Source: Actinomycetota bacterium (GTDB taxonomy: Bacteria; Actinomycetota; Thermoleophilia; Gaiellales; Gaiellaceae). Taken from it: a stretch of DNA of 59,602 nt. Shown piece after piece: positions 36,827-44,659 of the stretch (positions are counted from its first letter, which is position 1; every line of letters starts with the position of its first letter). The position numbers were made by a program, and so were the translations under genes. The notes under the pieces are model-generated. The model was given only the letters and a program-made list of their open reading frames with translations, was not told where the DNA came from and searched no databases. The stretch lies in NCBI GenBank assembly GCA_046732435.1, contig JBKPNC010000028.1, positions 1 through 59,602 on the forward strand, given 5' to 3'.

Positions 36827-37888
36827 TCAGCCGCCCGAGCCCTTGACGTCCGGGCTGTTGCGGATCTTCTTCAGGTTTGCCTTGGTGGCGAAGATGCTCG
36901 TTCCGTGGTGGACGCCGCGAAGCAGCTTCTTGCCCTTGGCGAAGTGGTTGAACAGGACCGTGTACGTGTACAGGCCTTCGCGATACAGGCTGCTGCCGAG
37001 CGCCCAGGCGACCCACCCCTGCCCGATCAGGTTCAGCGTCTGCGGGAGCCAGTCATACCCGGCAACGAGAACCTTGTGGTTCTTCGCCCGCTTCAGCACC
37101 GTGCCCCAGTTCTGGGTGTCGGGCCCGCACATGGCGTAGGCGACGTCGAGACGCCCGCGCTGCGCCGTGTAGATGTTCTGGACGTTGACGAGGTTGTTCG
37201 CGGGATCGGTCGTCGTATTCGCGAAACCGATCTCCTTAAGCTTGAACCTGCTGCTTCGGTTCAGCTTCCGGACCTGCGTCTCGAAACCGCGCCGCCGGTC
37301 CTGCTGGCCGGTCACGGTCGGCAGGCAAGAGGTCACGTAGTAGTTGATCGTCCCCTTCGCGTGCTTCTTCTTGAAGTACGAGAAGACGCGAGTTGCCTCC
37401 ATCTTGCCCTGGCCCAGCGGCGGGGTTCCGCCGAAGTAGAAGAACGACCGCTTCGAAGCCGGCGCGTCGAGCTCGGTCGTCGCGACCGTGATCTTCGCCG
37501 CGACCGCCTGGTTGATGATCGGCACGAGGGCGGTCGAGTCAACGGGAAGGATCACGATCGCCTTCGGTCGCTGGGCGATGACCGTCTGCATCAGCGTGAT
37601 CTGCGCCTGTGCGGTGACCGGCGACGGGCAGACGATCTTGAGCGAGAACTTGAGCTTCCTGGCAGCGGCCTGAGCCCCGGCGCGGAGCGGCCGCTCGACC
37701 GGGTTCACGCAGTCGTCGAGCACCAGCACCATCGAGATCTTCGCTGCCTTGGCCGGGGCGGAGCCCCTGGAATTCGTGCGTGACGACGCCCCCGCCACCA
37801 GCACGAGCGCGCCGGCGGCGACCAGCGCGACGATCGCAACGCGTCGGCTGCGAGCCGTCACGGCCTCACGCAACTTCAGTCCCTGCAT
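36827..37888 (-). CDS. Sugar ABC transporter substrate-binding protein (periplasmic-binding-protein type I)
   Basis: The N-terminal signal/anchor VAIVALVAAGALVLVAGASS is followed by the alternating beta-alpha pattern typical of ribose-type binding proteins. Confidence 0.85.
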   Translation of the reverse strand: MQGLKLREAVTARSRRVAIVALVAAGALVLVAGASSRTNSRGSAPAKAAKISMVLVLDDCVNPVERPLRAGAQAAARKLKFSLKIVCPSPVTAQAQITLMQTVIAQRPKAIVILPVDSTALVPIINQAVAAKITVATTELDAPASKRSFFYFGGTPPLGQGKMEATRVFSYFKKKHAKGTINYYVTSCLPTVTGQQDRRRGFETQVRKLNRSSRFKLKEIGFANTTTDPANNLVNVQNIYTAQRGRLDVAYAMCGPDTQNWGTVLKRAKNHKVLVAGYDWLPQTLNLIGQGWVAWALGSSLYREGLYTYTVLFNHFAKGKKLLRGVHHGTSIFATKANLKKIRNSPDVKGSGG

Positions 37889-37930
37889 TTCCTTCTCCCT
37901 TCCTCGTGGATGCGGATACGGTCCCGTCCG

Positions 37931-39025
37931 CTAGCCGCTCATGGCCGCCTCCCTACGTCGGGTGAAGAAACGGTCGATTGCGACCGCCGCGATCACGACG
38001 AGGCCGCTGACGACGATCAGGAGGTAGATCGAGACGCCGACGATGACGAGGCCGTTCTGGATCATCCCGATCAGGAGGATCCCGAGCACGGAGCCGAGAA
38101 CGGTGCCCGAGCCTCCACTCAGCTTCGTCCCGCCGATGATGACGGCCGCGATCGCTTCAAGCTCGTAGCCCGTGCCGACGTTCGGGTCGGCCACCTGCGA
38201 CTGCGCAACGGCAAGCAGGGCGCTGATCCCGGCCGCGCAACCGCTGAAGATGAGCACTCCCATGCGAATGCGGTGCACGCGGAGCCCCGCAAGCATGGCC
38301 GCTCGACGGTCGCTGCCCATCGCATAGACGTGCAGGCCGGTCGTCGTGCGCCGCAACACGAAGGCGGCCACGAGGGCGAACCCGATCAGTACCGCCGCGT
38401 CGTACGGCACATGGCCGAAGAGCTTGCCGGTACTCAGGTTCCAGAAGGCCGACTTCTGCGTGAACGGGCCGACCGGATACCCGTTCGCCAGCTGGTCGGC
38501 GACCCCGCGCCACACGCTCAGCATCCCCAGCGTGATGATGATCGTCGGCACGCGCAGGATCAGGCTGAGCGCCCCGTTGACAGCTCCCATCCCGCAGCCG
38601 GCCAGCAGCGTCAGAGGAATCGCTTGCCAGACGGGCAGTCCGTGCTTCAGCAGAAGCCCGAAGACGATCGCAGCGACGGCCACCATCGAACCGACGGAGA
38701 GGTCGATCTCGCCGGTGATCAACACGAACGTCATCGCGACCGCGAGCACGCCCACGAACGAGATCTGCGAGCCGATGTTCTCGAGGTTGTACGGGTCCGC
38801 AAAGGTCGAGTTGATCAGCGTGAAGATCACGCCGGTGACGACGACCGCGACGACCAGTCCCCCCTCGCGGAAGTACTGCACCCGACGGTACGCAGATGAG
38901 AGCCGGGCTGCGCGCCCGGGCCGCCGGTCCTCGACCGCTGCCAGGTCCTCGAAGGGCGCTTCCGCTGGGGACACGGCTGGAACGGGCTCGACCTGCGCCG
39001 GCACCGCGTCGCCGCGATCGCTCAT
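37931..39025 (-). CDS. Sugar ABC transporter permease (RbsC/BPD_transp_2 type)
   Basis: 364 aa and highly hydrophobic. ...ITGEIDLSVGSMVA... is a motif typical of this family. Confidence 0.9.
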   Translation of the reverse strand: MSDRGDAVPAQVEPVPAVSPAEAPFEDLAAVEDRRPGRAARLSSAYRRVQYFREGGLVVAVVVTGVIFTLINSTFADPYNLENIGSQISFVGVLAVAMTFVLITGEIDLSVGSMVAVAAIVFGLLLKHGLPVWQAIPLTLLAGCGMGAVNGALSLILRVPTIIITLGMLSVWRGVADQLANGYPVGPFTQKSAFWNLSTGKLFGHVPYDAAVLIGFALVAAFVLRRTTTGLHVYAMGSDRRAAMLAGLRVHRIRMGVLIFSGCAAGISALLAVAQSQVADPNVGTGYELEAIAAVIIGGTKLSGGSGTVLGSVLGILLIGMIQNGLVIVGVSIYLLIVVSGLVVIAAVAIDRFFTRRREAAMSG

Positions 39026-39048
39026 AGGACGTAACCTATACGATCTTC
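39026..39048. promoter_or_regulatory. 23-bp divergent control region with inverted repeat ATAGG-N6-CCTAT and -10-like hexamers on both strands
   Basis: The sequence is AGGACGTAACCTATACGATCTTC. The left arm ATAGG (39024-39028) includes the last two bases of the permease start codon, and CCTAT lies at 39035-39039. On the minus strand, TAGGTT lies 7 nt before ATG 39025. On the plus strand, TATACG or TACGAT lies 4-6 nt before ATG 39049. Confidence 0.3.
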
Positions 39049-40578
39049 ATGGGGCGTGCATCTGATCGGATTCGGATTGCCGTCGGCGGCATCTCCCTGG
39101 AGTCGAACGACTTCGTTCCGTTCACGGCCGAGCTCCGCGAGTTCACGGACGCCGGGTTTCTCGCGGAGGGCGAGGACTTGCTGGCCCTGGCCGATACCGA
39201 CACCGAGATCGGGGGCGCCCTGACGCGGCTGCGCCAGGAGGCAGAGGTCGTGCCGCTGCTCGCCGCGCGCGGCGTGTCGTCAGGACGGCTCTCGCGCGAG
39301 GCGCACGACCGGCTCCACGGCGGCGTGCTCGCGCCGCTCCGCGATTCACTCCCTGTCGACGGTGTCTACCTCTTCCACCACGGCTCGATGGAGGCCGTCG
39401 GCGAAGACGATCCGGAGGGAGAGCTCGATCGTGAGGTACGGGCAATCGTCGGGCCACGGGTTCCGATCGTGGTGAGTTGCGACCTGCACGCGAACGTAAG
39501 CCGCCGGATGGTCCAGTCGACGGACGCCATCCTCGGCTACGAGCGCTATCCGCACGACGACGTCCACGAGACCGGCATCCGTGCGGCCGATCTGCTGCTC
39601 CGCCTCGTCCGCAGGCAAGCGACGCCCGCGATGGCCCACGCGAAGCTCCCGCTGCTCCTCACGGCCTTTCACAGCACGACCCTGGAGGACACGCCCTTCG
39701 CCCAGCTGATGCGCTCCGCGAAGACGCTCGAGCATGACGACCACATCCTGTCCGCGTCGGTCTTCCTCGTCGGCTCGTACATCGATTCACCGGACATGGG
39801 CTGCAGCGCGCTTGTCGTCGCCAACGGCGATCGCGAGCGAGCGCGAGCGGAAGCACATGGGCTCGCGCAGCAGTTCTGGCAACGCCGCTTCGAATTCGAC
39901 GTCGAGACGGTCTCGGTCGCCGAAGCGGTTCGCCGGGGACGGTCGATCGAGGGAGGTCCCGTCGTGCTCCTCGATTCGGCCGACACGACGGGAGGGGGCG
40001 CCGCGGGCGACGGTGTCGGCCTCGTCCGTGGACTGCTCGAGGCGCAGGTGACCGAGCCCTGCCTCGCGAGCGTCGTCGACGCCGCTGCCGCCGCTTCGTG
40101 CCATCGAGCGGGCGTCGACGCGACGGTCGAGCTCGCCGTCGGCCACTCGCACGACCGACGGTGGGGCGAGCCGGTTACCCTGCGGGCCCGCGTCGAGCGG
40201 CTCTCGGACGGCTACTTCAGGTACGCCGGCGGCATCCTCGGCGGCGTGGAGGTGACGATGGGTCCGTCGGCCGTCCTGGCGGTTGGCTCGATCCGCCTGC
40301 TCGTGACGAGCGTTCCGACGTACGAGTGGGCCGACGACCAGTACCGCGCGGTCGGCCTCGTACCTGCCAGCGCGAAATTCGTCGGGGTGAAGAACATGAT
40401 GAACTTCCGCTTCGGTTATGCCGGCGTCATGAAAGGCTATTTCGTCCTCGACCTGCCCGGGCCGACGCCGCCCGACATGCGGCTCTTGCCGTTCGTGCGG
40501 GTGAGTCGCCCCATCTTCCCCCTCGACCGCGACCTGGCAGATCCGCAGCCGGTCATCTCGGAGTCGCGGCTGCGATGA
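39049..40578 (+). CDS. M81 family protein (MlrC-like metallopeptidase fold)
   Basis: The RIAVGGISLESNDF N-terminus (DUF1485-like) and the C-terminal ...VKNMMNFRFGY... resemble MlrC family proteins. Confidence 0.8.
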   Translation: MGRASDRIRIAVGGISLESNDFVPFTAELREFTDAGFLAEGEDLLALADTDTEIGGALTRLRQEAEVVPLLAARGVSSGRLSREAHDRLHGGVLAPLRDSLPVDGVYLFHHGSMEAVGEDDPEGELDREVRAIVGPRVPIVVSCDLHANVSRRMVQSTDAILGYERYPHDDVHETGIRAADLLLRLVRRQATPAMAHAKLPLLLTAFHSTTLEDTPFAQLMRSAKTLEHDDHILSASVFLVGSYIDSPDMGCSALVVANGDRERARAEAHGLAQQFWQRRFEFDVETVSVAEAVRRGRSIEGGPVVLLDSADTTGGGAAGDGVGLVRGLLEAQVTEPCLASVVDAAAAASCHRAGVDATVELAVGHSHDRRWGEPVTLRARVERLSDGYFRYAGGILGGVEVTMGPSAVLAVGSIRLLVTSVPTYEWADDQYRAVGLVPASAKFVGVKNMMNFRFGYAGVMKGYFVLDLPGPTPPDMRLLPFVRVSRPIFPLDRDLADPQPVISESRLR

Positions 40579-41780
40579 AGATCGAGCAAGTCGAGGCGCT
40601 CAACCTTCACTTCGACTACCCGGACGGCGTCGGCTTCCGGTACGCCGGAGGCACGGTGACCAGCCGGGTGACGACGCTCGTCGTCGTCCGCACGGACGGC
40701 CGGCACACCGGCATCGGCGCCGCATACAGCCACCCCGACCTCGCGAAGCTGATCATCGAGCGGCATCTGGGTCCGCATCTCGTCGGACGCGACCCCGCCG
40801 ATATCGAAGAGCTCTGGGAGCTGATGTACGGCCTGACGCGCTGGTACGGGCGGAAGGGCGTGGCCGTCTCGGCACTCGGCGGGATAGACATCGCGCTCTG
40901 GGACTTGCGTGGCAAGGCGGCCGGCAAGCCGGTATACGAGCTGCTCGGCGGCCAGCGCGACCGGGTCCCCGCGTACGCGAGCGGCCTGTTCTGGACGGAC
41001 GACGTCCGGGACCTCGAGAAGGAAGCCGCACGGCATGTCGAGCGCGGGTTCCGCCGCGTGAAGATGCGGCTCGGGCGGGACGCGGATTACGACCTGGCCG
41101 CCGTCGATGCGGCGCGGCGAGGAGCGGGTCCCGGGAACGACGTGATCGTTGATGGCTCTCATCGGTACTCGATCGAGCACGCCGAAAGCATCGGCGCCGA
41201 ACTTGCGGCGCGCGGCGTCTTCTGGTTCGAGGAGCCGTTTCCCCCGGAACGGCTCGACGACTACGTCGAGCTCCGGCCGCGGATCACCGTCCCGCTGGCC
41301 GCCGGCGAGAACGACTTCGGCGTGCAGGGGTTCCGCGAGCTCGTGCGTGCAGGCGCCCTCGACATCCTCCAGCCCGACGCCTGTCGTGCCGGCGGCATCA
41401 CCGAGTGCGCACGCATCGGCCGCCTGGCCGAGGAGGCCGGTCTCGGGGTGGCGACGCACACGTGGAGCGACGCCGTCGCGCTGGTGGCGAACGCGCACGT
41501 CGTCGCATCGCTGTCAAACGGAATCACCGTCGAAGTCGATCAGACCGGAAACCCGTTCATCGACGAGCTGGCCGAGCCACTCCGTGTCGAGGACGGCCGC
41601 CTGTTGCTGGGTGATGCGCCGGGTCTGGGCGTCGAGCTCGACGACGCGACCGTCTCGCGACTCTCCGCGGCCTACGGCGACTCGATGGCGGACGGCAACT
41701 ACTCCGACCTGATCTTCGGCCGGGACTACTACACGGTCGCGCCCCCCTTCACCTCTCGGAGAACCGCGCGGCACACGTGA
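40575..41780 (+). CDS. Enolase-superfamily enzyme (mandelate racemase/muconate lactonizing family, probable acid-sugar dehydratase)
   Basis: ATGA overlap. MKIEQVEALNLHF..., DIALWDLRGK, KMRLGRD, FEEP, AAGEN, DILQPD, ATHTWS. Confidence 0.88.
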   Translation: MKIEQVEALNLHFDYPDGVGFRYAGGTVTSRVTTLVVVRTDGRHTGIGAAYSHPDLAKLIIERHLGPHLVGRDPADIEELWELMYGLTRWYGRKGVAVSALGGIDIALWDLRGKAAGKPVYELLGGQRDRVPAYASGLFWTDDVRDLEKEAARHVERGFRRVKMRLGRDADYDLAAVDAARRGAGPGNDVIVDGSHRYSIEHAESIGAELAARGVFWFEEPFPPERLDDYVELRPRITVPLAAGENDFGVQGFRELVRAGALDILQPDACRAGGITECARIGRLAEEAGLGVATHTWSDAVALVANAHVVASLSNGITVEVDQTGNPFIDELAEPLRVEDGRLLLGDAPGLGVELDDATVSRLSAAYGDSMADGNYSDLIFGRDYYTVAPPFTSRRTARHT

Positions 41781-42631
41781 TCCGGACGGTAGTCCTCGAC
41801 AGTCACCACCACGTCTGGGACACGAACCGCCTGCACTACGAGCTTTTCGACGAGGTCACGGCGCTTCGTCGGCCGTATCTCGCCGAAGATTTCGAGGCAG
41901 CCGCAGCGCCGCTCGACGTGCGCTCGTCGATCTGCGTCGAGGCCGCCTCCGCCGGAGCCGACGGACGCCGGGAGACCGAGTGGTTGCTCGACCACATCGC
42001 CGAGTCGGAGCGGATCTCCGCAGTTGTCGCCTGGGCGCCTCTGGACCGCCCCCACATCGACGACTACCTCGACTGGCTCGTCACGCGCCCGTCCGCCAAG
42101 CCAATCGTCGGCGTCCGACGCTCGTTTGAGTTCGAGGATGTGGAGTTCCCGGGGCAGGCAAACGTCGCTGCCGGAGCTCGTGCCGCCGGGGCGCGGGGAC
42201 TTGTCGTCGACCTCGTCTTGTTCGCGCGCTCGCTCCGGAAGACGATCACGCTCGTCGACCGATGCCCTGAAACGCAGTTCGTCCTCGACCACCTCGGCAA
42301 GCCGCCTATCCGCACCGGCGCGTGCCAGCCGTGGGCAGACGACATCGCCGAGCTAGCCCGAAGGGAGAACGTGGCCTGCAAGCTGTCGGGGCTTCCCAGC
42401 GAGGCGGATCGTGACCGGTGGACGACGGGCGATCTTCGCCCCTACGTCGAGCACGCGATCACGGTCTTCGGCTACGAGCGGATTCTCTACGGCAGCGATT
42501 GGCCGGTCGTGAACCTCGCCGGCGGCCTCCCCGGTTGGTTCTCAGCGGTCTGCAGCCTCCTCGAGCAGGTCCCCCAAGACGAGCGCCGGGCGATACTGAG
42601 CTGCAACGCGGCGCGGATCTACGGCGTCTGA
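41777..42631 (+). CDS. Amidohydrolase_2 family protein (sugar-lactonase-like)
   Basis: GTGA overlap. VVLDSHHHVWD N-terminal motif; ...LYGSDWPV... C-terminal motif. Confidence 0.85.
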   Translation: MIRTVVLDSHHHVWDTNRLHYELFDEVTALRRPYLAEDFEAAAAPLDVRSSICVEAASAGADGRRETEWLLDHIAESERISAVVAWAPLDRPHIDDYLDWLVTRPSAKPIVGVRRSFEFEDVEFPGQANVAAGARAAGARGLVVDLVLFARSLRKTITLVDRCPETQFVLDHLGKPPIRTGACQPWADDIAELARRENVACKLSGLPSEADRDRWTTGDLRPYVEHAITVFGYERILYGSDWPVVNLAGGLPGWFSAVCSLLEQVPQDERRAILSCNAARIYGV

Positions 42632-42776
42632 CTCCTCTCCCGGGAATTCACAAATCGGGGGCACCCGGAAACGATGTGTGCCGACTTCGTGCCGGATTGC
42701 AAAAGGACACTTTCGTCCGGCAGGGGCGAGCGGATACCAGAGGTGGGACTCGTTCTCCTACCGATTGGAGCTGCCC

Positions 42777-43874
42777 ATGCCCAGAGCCCTCGTCCCCCTC
42801 GTGCTCGCGATCGCCATCGCGGGCGGTGCGCTTGCTGCACCGTCGGCCCACGCCGCGTCGCCGGACCTTGTCGTCAGTCAGCTCTTCGCCGCCGGCGGCA
42901 ACTCCGGAGCGCCGTTTACGAACGACTTCGTCGAGCTCTTCAACCGCGGGTCTACGAGCATCGACGTCAGCACCTGGACGATTCAGTACGCGTCGGCCAC
43001 GGGCACGGCGTGGCAGTCCACGCCGCTGACCGGGACGGTCCAGCCCGGACATTACTACCTCGTCCAGCTTGCTTCGGCTGCAGCGATTGGCTCTCCGCTG
43101 CCGCCGCCCGACGCAACCGGAACGACGAACCTCGCCGTTTCGGGCGGCAAGGTCGCGATCGTGCGCGGAAGCGGCCTACTCTCCTGCGGAGCATCGGCCG
43201 GAAGCTGTAGCGGGAACGCGCAGATCGCCGACCTGATCGGGTACGGCACGGCCACCGATTACGAGGGCGGAGGCCCGGCTCCCGCGATCAGCAACACGCT
43301 CGCCGAGATGCGCACCAACGCGGGATGCACCGACTCGGACGACAACGCGGGCGACTTCTCGAGCGCGACGCCGGGCCCGCGGAACTCTTCGTCTCCGGCT
43401 GCTTCGTGCGGCTCCCAGCCACCTCCGGCGGGGAGCGTCTCGCAGGACGCTGCGGTCGACGTCGACATCCAACCCGTCCTCTCGATCGCGCTCGAGCGCC
43501 CCAGCGTGAGCTTCGGCAACGCTGCATCCGGTACCACCCCGGCTCCGGTCTCAGAACACGTGACGGTGGTCAGCAACAACCAGACGGGGTACGCACTCAC
43601 GGTTCACCGCACAGCGTTCAGCCCGGCCGATCTTCCGCTTGGGATCTCGGGCACCCCACCGAGCGGCGGCCAGATCGGCCCTCAGCTGGCCGGCGGAGCC
43701 ATCGCGCCGATTCCGATCGCACCCGCGCCGGATCTCCTGATCGGAACGACGTCCGCCGGAAGCGCGCCGTCCGGCGACGTCTGGGCGACGAGCCTCGGCT
43801 TCACCTCGCCGCTGCCGGTGGTTCCGGCGGGGCACTACACGGCAACGGTCACGTTCACGGCGATCGTCCGATGA
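42777..43874 (+). CDS. Secreted protein: lamin-tail domain (LTD) plus WxL-like C-terminal beta domain
   Basis: ATG 42777 lies 7 nt after GGAG. Signal peptide MPRALVPLVLAIAIAGGALAAPSAHA. LTD: LVVSQLFAAGGNSGAPFTNDFVELFNRGSTSIDVSTWTIQY. The C-terminal domain ends ...AGHYTATVTFTAIVR. Confidence 0.8.
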   Translation: MPRALVPLVLAIAIAGGALAAPSAHAASPDLVVSQLFAAGGNSGAPFTNDFVELFNRGSTSIDVSTWTIQYASATGTAWQSTPLTGTVQPGHYYLVQLASAAAIGSPLPPPDATGTTNLAVSGGKVAIVRGSGLLSCGASAGSCSGNAQIADLIGYGTATDYEGGGPAPAISNTLAEMRTNAGCTDSDDNAGDFSSATPGPRNSSSPAASCGSQPPPAGSVSQDAAVDVDIQPVLSIALERPSVSFGNAASGTTPAPVSEHVTVVSNNQTGYALTVHRTAFSPADLPLGISGTPPSGGQIGPQLAGGAIAPIPIAPAPDLLIGTTSAGSAPSGDVWATSLGFTSPLPVVPAGHYTATVTFTAIVR

Positions 43875-44644
43875 GCACGCTTGCCCGACTCCTCCTCGGC
43901 GCAGTCCTGGTCGTGCCCGCCTCGGCGGGTGCGACCGGGACTCGCCCCTCGATCGCGCTCACCGCGTCGCCGGCGCACGTGGCCCTCCGCGGAAGCGGGA
44001 GCGCGACGGTTCGGGTCGCGAACTCCGGCAAGAGACCGACCGTCGTCGACGTGCGGCCGGCCGGCTTCGCCCTCGATCTTCGCGGCCGTCCGAGAATCGT
44101 CCCAGTGGGGAAGCGGAGCGCCCGATCATGGATCACCGTTCGTCCGAGCCGCCTCGCGCTCGGCCCGGGTACAAGCAGGGCGCTGAGCGTGACGGCGGAG
44201 ATCCCTCTCGGAGCCGAGCCTGGAGATCATCCCGTCCTCGTGCTCCTGACGACGCGCCCGCGCGGCGAGGCGGGGCTGGCGGTCCGGATGCGCCTCGGGG
44301 TCGTGGTCGCCGTCCGTGCTCCCGGACGCCTCGTGCACCGCCTCGTCCTGCGGGGCCTCCGCGTGCGCCGCAACGGACGGCTGCGGACGCTCGAGCTTCT
44401 CGTCGCCAACCGCGGAAACGTGACGGAGCGGCTCCAACGCAGGGGAGTCTCGCTTTCGCTGAGGCGCGCCGGACGCGTGCTAGCGACATTACGGCCCGAG
44501 CCGCGTGAGCTGCTGCCGCGTTCGCGCGGGCTCCTGGTCTTCCGCTATCGAGGACGCGTACGCGGTACCGTGTCCGCGCTCGCGACCGTCGTGCCCAAGG
44601 CAGATGGCTCGATGGTCTACCGGACGTACCGGATCCGGCTCTGA
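43871..44644 (+). CDS. Secreted two-Ig-fold protein, DUF916/DUF3324-like (PapD-chaperone-like fold)
   Basis: ATGA overlap. Signal peptide MSTLARLLLGAVLVVPASAGA. ...ATVRVANSGKRPTVVDV...SWITVRPSRLALGPGTSRALSVTAEIP...GDHPVLVL..., then a second similar repeat, ...LLVANRGNVTE.... Confidence 0.7.
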   Translation: MSTLARLLLGAVLVVPASAGATGTRPSIALTASPAHVALRGSGSATVRVANSGKRPTVVDVRPAGFALDLRGRPRIVPVGKRSARSWITVRPSRLALGPGTSRALSVTAEIPLGAEPGDHPVLVLLTTRPRGEAGLAVRMRLGVVVAVRAPGRLVHRLVLRGLRVRRNGRLRTLELLVANRGNVTERLQRRGVSLSLRRAGRVLATLRPEPRELLPRSRGLLVFRYRGRVRGTVSALATVVPKADGSMVYRTYRIRL

Positions 44645-44659
44645 CATGGCCGCGCCAAC

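Noticed and set aside
42632-42776. Possible riboswitch or leader upstream of the LTD protein gene
   Set aside because: I could not match it to any riboswitch consensus I know (c-di-GMP, c-di-AMP, SAM, TPP). Only generic GC-rich pairing was seen.
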